DNA of 64,000 bases from the human T2T-CHM13v2.0 reference genome, Homo sapiens. The stretch is taken from assembly GCF_009914755.1 (NCBI RefSeq), contig NC_060935.1. One strand, 5' to 3'. Every line of letters starts with the position of its first letter. The first letter of the stretch is position 1. Positions 37,118 through 61,262 of the stretch are shown one piece after another. The notes beneath the pieces are model-generated. The model searched no databases. It worked only from the letters and a program-made list of their open reading frames with translations, and was not told the origin of the DNA. The position numbers and the translations under genes are program-made.

Positions 37118-37500
37118 TGATCTGCCTGCCTCGGCCTCCCGAAGTGCTGGGATTACAGGCTTGAGCCACCGCACCTGGCCTGTTTGGTTTTTGAGTTGGG
37201 GTCTTGCTTTGTTGCCCAGGCTGGGATGCAGTGATATGTCATAGCTCACTGGAGCCTCAAACTCATGGGCTCAAGTGATCCTCTCACCTCAGCCTCTCAA
37301 GTAACTGGGACTACAGGCATGTGCCACCATGCCTGGCTAATTTTTAAAAATTTTTTGTAAATACAGGGTCTCGCTATATTGTCTAGGTTGATCTTGAACT
37401 CCTGGCCGCAAGTGATCCTCCTGCCTTGGCCTCCCTAAGTGCTGAGATTACAAGCGTGAGCTACCATGCCTGGCCCTTTGTCTGTGTTTATTGAGGAACG

Positions 37501-37501
<1 letters not shown>

Positions 37502-37534
<33 letters not shown>
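37502..37534. repeat. (TG)n microsatellite
   Basis: About 16 TG units. Confidence 0.95.
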
Positions 37535-37536
<2 letters not shown>

Positions 37537-37957
37537 AATTTTTAAAATTTAGTTATATCAGTTACTTAGGCCAGAGGGATGTTAAAATCTCTATGATTAT
37601 AGCTCTTTTCTTTTCTTTTTTGTTTTTGAGACAGGGTGTTGCTCTGCCACCCAGGTTGAAGTGCAGTGGCACAATCATGGCTCACTGCAGCTTCAACCCG
37701 GGTTCACACAATTCTCCCACCTCAGCCTCGTGAGAAGCTGTGACTACAGCTGTGCGCTACCACACCTGGCTAATTTTTGTATTTTTCATAGAGACGGAGT
37801 TTCACCATGTGGCCCAGGCTGGTCTTGAACTCCTGGGCTCAAGCACTCCACTTGCCTCAGCCTCCCAAAGTGTTGAGATTACAGGCGTGAGCCACTACGC
37901 CCAGCCACTTTTTTTTTTTCCTTTTTATTCAGTCAGTTTTTGTTTCTTATATTTTGA

Positions 37958-39385
<1,428 letters not shown>

Positions 39386-39551
39386 TTGATAAGTTGGCTA
39401 TTTTGTCATTATGAAATGTCCCTCTTTATCTTAGTCATACTCTTTATATTACAGTTTACTTTATGTGATATTGCTATAGACACTGCATTTGTCTTATACT
39501 TACTTTTTACATGGTATATGTTTTTCAATCCTTTCCCCTTCAGCCTTTCTA

Positions 39552-39922
<371 letters not shown>

Positions 39923-40208
39923 TTAATTAGAGCCTTTAGTTCATTTATATTTAATGTAATTATTGATTTGATTGGATTAAGTCTATACTTTTACTATGTA
40001 AATTGAAAATTAATTGGATGTTCTTTAGAATTCCATTTTAATTTGGTCGTCTTCTTCCTTCCCCATCTGCTTCTCTAATTCACTGGCAATGGACATCATA
40101 AAAAAAGACTACGTGCCAGTGGATTCAGAAAGATTTATAATTTTCTTGGATAAAGTACCTGGAAATTTTTTAGAGTCATAATTGTAGAAACTTAGAATTA
40201 TCTCTTAG

Positions 40209-40397
<189 letters not shown>

Positions 40398-41125
40398 TAG
40401 TAGAAATAGGGTTTCACCATGTTGGCCAGGCTGGTCTCAAACTCCTGACCTCAGGTGATCCGCTCCCCTTGGCCTCCCAAAGTGTTGGGATTACAGACGT
40501 GAGCCACCGCGCCTGGCCATCTCTTAGTTTTTTTAAAAAATCAACTTATTTGAGATATAATTTGTATACAAAAACATACTTATTTTAAGTGTACATTTTG
40601 ATGAGTTTTGACATATTAATTATGCATGTAAACGCCAACACAATCAAGGTATAGCACATACCTATTGCTCTACAATGCTCCCTGTATTCATTTTCAGTCA
40701 CTGCTCTCTCATTCTGCCGTTCCTAAGTAAACACTGAGCTGTGTCTGCCACTATAGATTACACTTATCTTTTCTAAAGATTTGTATCTGGCTTCTTTTAC
40801 TCAGTATATTTTTGAGATTCATCCATGAGGTGGTAGATATCAATAGTTTATTCCTTTTTAATGCTGAGCAGTAGTCTATTGTATGAATATTTCACAATTC
40901 ATTTACCCAGTTAAAGGTATTATAATTATGGCTCCTGTTTGTAATGAGAAGTCATGGACAATTCACATTCTCTTTCCCTCTGTGTATTGTGTCATTTTTT
41001 TTCTGTAGTTTATTTCAAGATTTTCCACTTATCTTTAGTTTTCAGCAGTTTGACTTTGATTTGCCCACATGCTGTTTTCTTTGTACTTTTCCTGTTTGGA
41101 GTTTTCTGAGTTTCTTGATCTGTAA

Positions 41126-41470
<345 letters not shown>

Positions 41471-42253
41471 TGAAATTTTCTGACATAATTTTCAAATATT
41501 TTTTTCTGCCCTATTCCCCTTTTTCCTCCTGGGACTCCACTGTCAGGTGAGTTAGACCTTTTGATATTGTCCGACAGCTCACTGAGGCTCTCTTCATTTC
41601 TTTGCAATTTTTTTGTTCTATTTCTCATATTGGATAATTTATTTATTTTCTTTCTTCTTTTTCTTTTTTTTTTTTTTGAGACAGAGTCTCACTTCTTCAC
41701 CCAGGCTGGAATGCAATGGCATGATCTCGGCTCACAGCAATCTCTGCCTCCTGGGTTCAAGCAATTCTCCTGCCTCACAAAAAAAAAAAAAAAAAAAGGT
41801 TGGGGGCCAGACATGGTGGCTCATGCGTGTAAACCCAGCACTCGCTGTGGTGCCCAGGCTGATCTCAAACTCTTGGGCTCAGACAGTGCTCTCATATCAG
41901 CCTCCAGAGTATTGAATTATAGGCGTTCTTTATACATTCTCTATAAGTGATTTTATCAGATATGTATTTCACCAGTATTTTTTTCTGGTTTGTGGCTTGC
42001 CCTTGCATTTTTGTAACAGTGTCTTTTGAAGCACAAAAGGCAAAATTTTGATGAAGTCTCGCTTGCCAGTTTTTGTTGTGGTTCATGTATTTTGTGGCCC
42101 AAGAAATCTTTGCCCAACCCAAGATCACCTTCTTCTTGGAGGTTAATAGTTTTAACTTTTACATTTAGACCTATGATCTATTTTGAGTTAATTTTTCAAT
42201 CTGGTATGAAGTAAGGGTCAGGGTTCATTTTCTTGGTCAGGTGCAATGGCTCA

Positions 42254-43332
<1,079 letters not shown>

Positions 43333-43675
43333 CCACATAAGTGTGGCTCTGTTTCTTTACTGTCTATTCCATTACATCGATCTGTTTGTCTTTCCTTGTA
43401 ACTGTGTAGTAAATGTTGAAATCAGTGCATCTTCCAGCTTTGGTGTTTTTTCCAAAATTGTTTTGAATATTCTAGAGACTTTTTATTTTCATATACATTT
43501 TGAAATCAAATTATCAGCTTTTACAAACAGCTTGCTTGGAATTTGATTGGGTTTGTATAGAATCTGTAGATCAGTTTGGGAACAATTGACATCTTAACAA
43601 TATTGAGTCTTCTGATTCATGAACATGGAAGAGCGCTCTTTTTCTTCTTGGCAATGATTCATAAGTTTGAGAGGC

Positions 43676-46099
<2,424 letters not shown>

Positions 46100-47133
46100 T
46101 AGCCACCTTGGCCTCTGTGAACCCGTTTTTGTCTCTTATTTAGCAACAATGCCAGCTCTGTTTGCATTTGCCGTCCCTGTGCTGCAGACTGGAAACTGCC
46201 TCCAGGCAGTGAGCTGGAGCAATTGTAGGGCTGCTTTCATGTGTATTCCTTTCTCAATGATCATAGTCCTGTGCTGCCTATTGTCCAGTGTTTGAAAACA
46301 TTGTTTCATATGTTTTGTCCAGTTGTTTAGTTCTTTAGGGCCACAGGATAAATCTGTCCCTGGTACTCCATTTCAGGCAGAAGCAGAGTCCTAAATTATC
46401 TTCTGGACAGGTTAAATTTGAAGTATTTGCAGGATATCCATGCTAGTATGTGTAGTAAACATTAGTGGAAAAGGAGCTAGAAATGAAGCTAATGGCCTGG
46501 ATAGTGTACTAGGAGTTGATCAGTTCTCATTAATTCCTTGTGAAGGGTTGGAATGGTGATTAGAAAGGAGGTCGTGGTCACAAAATGACAGAACAAAGTT
46601 TGAGGTGTTTTTTTGTTGTTGTTGTATTTTGTTTTGAGACAGGGTCTCGCTGCATCATACAGGCTGTAGTGTGATGATAGCTCACTGTAGCCTCTACCTC
46701 CTGGGCTTAAGCAGTCCTCCCACCTCAGCCTCCCAAGTAGCTAGGACTGCAGGAGCACACCACCGTGCCCAGTTAATCTTTTTATTTTTCTTAGAGGCGA
46801 GGGTCTTGCCATGTTGCCCAGGCTAGTCTTGAACTCCTGGGCTCAAGTGATCCTCCTACTTTGGCCTTCCAAAGTGCTGGTAGCCAGGCATGGTGGTATA
46901 TGCCTGTAGCTACTTGGGAGGCTGAGGCAGGAGAATCACTAGAGCCCATGAGTTTGAGGTTCCAGTGAGCTTACGATTGTGCCACTGTACTCCAGCCTGG
47001 GTAACACAGTGAAACCCTGTCTCTAAAAACAACCACCAACCACCACCTTGAGCCACCTTGCCTGGACCAAAGTTTGAGGTTTTCAGTGTAGACTTTCCGT
47101 GTGTTAATATGGTTTAAGGGGTGGCTTTGCTGC

Positions 47134-47434
47134 CAGAAAACCAAACACCGCATGTTCTTACTCATAAGTGGGAGTTGAACAGTGAGAACACATGGCCACA
47201 GAAAGGGGAACAACACACACCAGGGTCAGTTGGGGGGGTAGGGAGGAAGAGGAGGGAGAGCATTACGACAAATAGCTAATGTATGCGGGGCTTAAAACCT
47301 AGATGACGGGTTGATAGGTGGAGCAAACCACCATGGCACATGTATACCTATGTAACAAACCTACATATTCTGCACTAGTATTCCGGAACTTAAAGTAAAA
47401 TTAAAATTTTTTTTTTTTTTTTAAAAAGAAAGAA
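47134..47434 (+). mobile_element. L1PA 3' end fragment
   Basis: gaaaaccaaacaccgcatgttc...ctatgtaacaaacct...A-rich tail. Confidence 0.88.
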
Positions 47435-47627
47435 ATGGCTTTCCTGGTAGGCAATTGTCAAGGAATGAAGTTTAGGAGGAGGAAGAACTCCAAGGTCTTA
47501 GTCTCATATGGATCATGAATATGGATATTGAGTTCACAAAGGTTGTTGTAAAGGGTAGAAAATAAGGAATATGACTAGATGCTAAAAATTATCCATGTGG
47601 GTAGAGATGAGATGGGAGTATAGTAGA

Positions 47628-48275
47628 TTAGAGGTGCTGAAACATTTTAGTCTAAGGACCCCTTTAAACTCTTAGTAATTAACAAAGACCCCAAAGAGGT
47701 TTTGTTTATATGGATTTTATCTATCAGTATATACTGAACCAGAAATTAAAACTGAGAAAAAATTTAATATTTATGCATTAATTTATTTTAAAATAATAAA
47801 CCTATGTGTTAAATAGCATATTTTCTATGAAAAATATTTTTCAGATAAAGATCAGTTTAGTTAGAATAATAATATTGTTTACATTTTGTAAATCTCTTTC
47901 ATGGAAGAAGCTTACTTATCTGCTATATTTAATTGATTGCAATATATTGTTTTGGTTGAAATATATAAAGAAAATCTGATGATATGCAGATAAGTAGTTG
48001 GAAAGCAAAGAGTATTTTAATAGCTTTTAAAGATAATTGTGGATATTCATCTTTGATACTATGCCAAAACTTGGTGTGTTGGTGTCTTAAAGTTAAGTTG
48101 CATTGTGGGATCTGAAACCACATCAATAAACATTTTGCTTTTATTTTCAAATTTGTTTTATTATTATTATTATTATTATTTTAGTTTTATTCCTGGCAAG
48201 CTGTGAAGTTTTTTATACTAGTACATTAAAATCTATTTGTTTACCTTGAATTTTGAATGGATATTTTGTATGTTG
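47628..48275 (-). mobile_element. hAT-Charlie DNA transposon relic
   Basis: Minus-strand peptide FWHSIKDEYPQLSLKAIKIL resembles the hAT C-terminal dimerisation domain; Charlie-like subterminal sequence. Confidence 0.7.
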
Positions 48276-48348
48276 TATAGGGGAAGAGAAACCTTTTCTC
48301 TACCTTCTTATGTTCAGAGATTAGGGCCCGAAAATTAAACTGACAAAA

Positions 48349-48974
48349 TGTTATACAACCAACAAGTTTATATGACCACTGTGCAGTAGTAGATCAGTTA
48401 CATTGAAACAGCAGGGTTTGCAGCAGAGAAAGAGTTTAATGATTGCAGAGCATTGAGTGAGGACATGGGAGGAGACCCTCAAATCCATTTCCCCTGAGGA
48501 GTTATGGGCTGGTATTTTAAGTTTTAAGGGGATTGTGGAAGGTAAGGGGCGGGAAAATTGAGGTCGTTGATTGGTTGGGATACGGGGGATGAAATCATCA
48601 AGATGTGGAAACTGCATTCTTTGGTGAGTCAGCTCCTCTGGGATCCTTCAGACCAACTGGCGTCAGTGGGGTCCTTCAGACAGGCTGATGTCAATAATTT
48701 CACTGCTATGCAGGATCTGAAAGAATATCTTAAAGGGAAAACTTAATGTTTTATAATGTTCATGTTGTCTATAGAACACTTAAGGGGAACTTTAATCTCG
48801 TAGCAGGGTCTCTGTGATTCTGAGGCAGCAGGCGCAAAACACTGGTGAAGTAGCTAGTCAGAGAGCAAGCTGACCTCATGATAAACACTGCATGTGCTGC
48901 AAGCCTCGTTTATTTTCGTTTCTCCCCCCTCTTCTTCCCCGATGAATTTCATACAGTTTATAGGGACAGTTTCA
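48349..48974. mobile_element. ERV1 solo LTR nested in another LTR fragment (48275-49150)
   Basis: tg...ca ends; agagaaagagtttaat and ctcaaatccatttcccc motifs. Confidence 0.65.
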
Positions 48975-49783
48975 AAATAACAGATTAACAGGAGGGAAAA
49001 ACAGTTTATTTACATGTGCAATGTGCATACACATGGAAGAACTCAGTGGTGGGTAACTCAAAGGAGTAGTTAGTTAGAATTTGGGGCCAATATGCTATCT
49101 TACTAGATGAAGGGGAGAGAGGAGAAAGCCCCTAGTACTGGGAAAACAAATGACTTCTTTTTTTTTTTTTTTTTTTTTTTTGAGATGGAGACTTGCTCTT
49201 GTTGCCCAGGCTGGAGTGCAATGGCACAATCTTGGCTCACTGTAACCTCCGCCTCCTGGGTTCAAGAAGTTCTCCTGCCTCAGCCTCCTGAGTAGCTGGG
49301 ATTACAGGTGCCCACTACCACACTCGGCTAATTTTTTTTTTGTATTTTTAGTAGAGACGAGGTTTCACCCTGTTGGGCCAGGCTAGTCTCGAACTCCTGA
49401 CCTTAGGTTATCTGCCCACCTTGGCCTCCCAAAGTTCTGGGATTACAGGCGTGAGCGACCGTGCCCAGCCATGGCTCTTTTTTTTTTTTTTTTTGAGACA
49501 GAGTTTTACTCTTGTTGCCCAGGCCAGAGTGCAATGGCACAATCTCAGCTCACTGCAACCTCCGCTTCCCGGGTTCAAGCAGTTCTTCTGCCTTAGCCTC
49601 CCAAGTAGAACACAGATGGGCGCCATGATGTCTGGCTAATTTTTGTAAATTTTTTTTTTTTGTAGAGACGGGGTTTTGCCATGTTGGCCAGGCTGGTCTT
49701 GAACTCCTGACCTCAAGTGATCCACCCACCTCAGCCTCCAGAAACAACTGAGATTACAGGTGTGAGCCACTGCACCTGGCCTA

Positions 49784-51246
<1,463 letters not shown>

Positions 51247-51775
51247 TCAAAAAATTAAAAAATTTGCTGGGCATGATGATACATGCTTATAGTCCTAGTT
51301 ACTCAGGAATTTGAGGTGGGAGTTCAGGAGTTCAAGGTTACAGTGAGTTATGATCATGCCAGTGTACTCCAGCCTGGACAATACAGTGAAACCCTCTCTC
51401 TAAAAAAAAGAAAATAAGAAAATAATTTCTTAACCATTTTTGCTATTGTTGCATGTAGTTCCTTTTGTTAGATCCCAGTGAGGTGAATGTGGCAAAAAAC
51501 CCAAAGGAAAAGATTTTTTGTTTGTGAATATGTGGAATGTTTCCATTGACATAAGAGGATTTTTCTAATATAAGTTTATATTTGTAGTTGACAATGTGTT
51601 TAATGAAAGAGATGTTCAGTGAGCATCTATAATCTTCAAGGATAACATCAGTCACAGAAGGCAACTGTCATGTTTTCTTACAATTATCCGATTGTCAGAG
51701 TGAATAGTAGGCTAGATGGATTGACTCTGTAATGTATTTCACATATTTTTATGGTAAGAGCATTCTGACTCTTCA

Positions 51776-52219
<444 letters not shown>

Positions 52220-52631
52220 CTACTTCTCATTTCTAATAGATGAATATACCTTGTCAGTAGAGGGCTGATGTCAGAGATTGAATAAGTGTGTAACACACAC
52301 ACACACACACCCTCTCTACCTATACATGAAATAGAGAACCAGGGATATGTGGAGAATTGGGTCAAAAGCAAGAATATGTGAGAGGAAAGGGCCTCATAAA
52401 CTTCTGTTAAGTAGATTGCTCTCTTTTGTATATGTAAGGTTACTACAAAAACAGAAGGGGAATAAAAGTTTCTCTCACTGAAGAAAAGTGGGGGCCAGGC
52501 GTGGTGGCTCACGCCTATAATCCCAGCACTTTGGGAGGCTGAGGTGGGTGGATCACCTGAGGTTAGGAGTTCGAGACCAGCCTGGCCAACATGGCAAAAC
52601 CCCATCTCTACTAAAAATACAAAAAAAATTA

Positions 52632-52841
<210 letters not shown>

Positions 52842-52919
52842 TCACACCTGTAATCCCAGCACTTTGGGAGGCCGAGGCGGGTGGATCACGAGGTCAGGAG
52901 ATCGAGACCATCCTGGCTA

Positions 52920-53147
<228 letters not shown>

Positions 53148-53674
53148 TTATTTTATTTTTACTTTTCTAAAATGTCGGGGAGATAATTTAAGTATTTTCA
53201 TCCTATTCTGTCCACTGATCTTGGTAATCCAGGCTTCCAGCTATAAAACTTTACCACAATCAAATGTAATATAAGGAAATTCCTTTGCTGGCTGTGTTGC
53301 TTAACGGCCTCTATAGTTCTGAGTAGGGTGATCACCCATCCCAGTTTTAGCACTGAAAGTCATCCATCCTGGGAAATCCCTCAGTACTGGGCAAACCAGG
53401 AGAGTTGGTCACTGTCATGCTGAGTGGGGGGAAAACATGTAAGGAGGGAGGAAACCAAAGAAAATGAGAAGTCCTGAGGTATGAAGAGAACATTTTTTTC
53501 CTTTTGAAGCATATTTACTATAGCTAGGAAAACTTGAAAATTAATAAACTTGTATCACTGTGCTTAGTAGCGAATTAGTGATTTGCTGCATTAAGGATGA
53601 ATATTAAGTAGGCCTCTGGCCAGGCACAGTAGCCTGTAATCCCAGCACTGTGGGAGGCCGAGGTGGCAGGATCA

Positions 53675-53896
<222 letters not shown>

Positions 53897-54582
53897 CTAT
53901 AAAAAACAAACAAACAAAAAAGTGGACCCCTGTGTTTGGTCCTGCATTCATTCTTCAGGACCCATACTAAAAGACATGTTGGGAAATAAGAATGCAGAAT
54001 GCCATAATGGTTTTGAATCCTCTTGAACGTAGAAGAATGTTCTGCCTTCAATGGAGGGCTTTTGTTCTAAGATGCAGTCTTTTTCCTGCTGTAGGTAACT
54101 TTATTTTAGCAAGTGGAGATACAAACTTTTTTTTTTTTTTTTTTTTTTTTTTGAGACAGAGTCTCGCTTTGTAGCCTAGGCTGGAGTGCAGTGGTGCAAT
54201 CTCGGCTCACTGCAACCTGCGCCTCCCAGGTTCAAGCAATTATCTTGCCTCACCCTTCTGAGTAGCTGGGACTAGGCGACAGGCGTGCGCCATCACGCCC
54301 AGCTAATTTTTGTATTTTTAGTAGAGATGGGGTTTCACCACGCTGGCCAGACTGGTCTCAAACTCCTGATTTCAAGTGATCTGCCCATCTTGGACTTCCA
54401 AAGTGCTGGGATTACAGGCGTCAGCCACCACGCCCGGTCACAACGTTTTTACTTTCAAATATAGGGCCATTATGCAACTGCAGACCACTGTAAACATTAT
54501 TTGTCTGTATCTATATTTGATACTTATACTCCAGCTCTCTTTTGATTAGCAAAGAATAAAGAAGAAAGAAAAATAAGTATAG

Positions 54583-54933
<351 letters not shown>

Positions 54934-54973
54934 TAAAATTAATAAAGTATTTATATGTGTGTGGCTTCCTTAG

Positions 54974-55063
<90 letters not shown>

Positions 55064-55326
55064 TAAGTACCTTTCCGTTCTAGAGCTTTAATTGTTTTGC
55101 AGTTTGTTTGTTTGTTTGTTTAGGTTTTTTCATTCCTAGGCCAGCTAGTCTGGCACTTATTCTATCTGCACAGGAATTGTAAGGCTATCTCTGTCTGCAG
55201 TAGCAATTGCTCAGTGGTTTTTCCTCTCACATTCTAAAGTTCTGTACTGTAACTCTTCCCTGCTACAGTTTTATAGTTTTGCATTTTTTAATGTTTTGTT
55301 TCCATTTGGATAAACACTATCTGTTA

Positions 55327-55644
<318 letters not shown>

Positions 55645-56058
55645 TTACTTAAAAGATACTGGAGTTAAAGTGAGGCAAAGGAATTCGAATCTTGGGCTTC
55701 TCCTGCACCTGCTCCCACCTCTTCTCAACGGCAATTAGCCAGCTACTATTTTGCTTTTGCTATCTCAGAGAATTAGGAATAGGGCTTTTTTTTTTTTTTT
55801 TTTTTTTAATGACAGGGTCTCCCTCTGTTGTGCAGTGGTGCCATCTTGGCTCACTGCAACCTCCATCTCCTGAGCACAAGCCATCCTCCTACCTCAGCCT
55901 GCCAAGTAGCTGGGACTATAGGCGTGAGCCACCACACCTGGCTAATTTTGCATTTTTTTAAGAGACAGGGTTTAGCCACATTGCCCAGGCTGGTCTAGAA
56001 CTCCTGAGCTCAAGTGATCTGCCCGCCTTGGCCTCTTGTGCTGGGATTACAGGCGTGA

Positions 56059-56277
<219 letters not shown>

Positions 56278-56404
56278 TAGCCTTTTTGCATTGCCATTTG
56301 GGGCCTATCCTACTATTCCTTTTGTTTTCCTGATAATGGATGGTGCTGTCTTTCTAGAGAGCCTGAGTCAGTTCAGCAGTAAAAATAATCCTTTTTTTTT
56401 TTAG

Positions 56405-56644
<240 letters not shown>

Positions 56645-56647
56645 TAA

Positions 56648-57076
<429 letters not shown>

Positions 57077-57176
57077 TAAGTACCTTCAAGGACTGATTCA
57101 GATGTCTCTATCAGAGAAATGCTTATGGGTTAAAACAGAGGAGGTTACATGGGTGTTCCCCGTGGGTATAGCATAG

Positions 57177-57368
<192 letters not shown>

Positions 57369-57532
57369 TAGGCATGTTGAGGGCTGGGGAAGAGGTAGAT
57401 TTCAGAAAAATGTGGGGTGGGAAGAAGCATTCCAGTCAGAGGTAGCTAGTCTGCTTTTTTCCTTTCCTGGACTGGGAAATAAGTGATTTTTGTGATATGC
57501 TCTGTTACTCAGACTCTCTTCCCTTACTCTGA

Positions 57533-57823
<291 letters not shown>

Positions 57824-57862
57824 TGATATAAATCTTTTTGCTGCATGGAATTATGGGCATAA

Positions 57863-58057
<195 letters not shown>

Positions 58058-58154
58058 TGACAGCTAAAATAATTTTTCTTTCTCATTTTCTACTCTTTTT
58101 TTTCCCTGACAGCTAAAATAACTTTTCTTTTACTGTGTTGGTGCTCATCATTAA

Positions 58155-61262
<3,108 letters not shown>

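Noticed and set aside
47929-48150. Transposase-like peptide
   Set aside because: Short, frameshifted Charlie relic; no sign of domestication.
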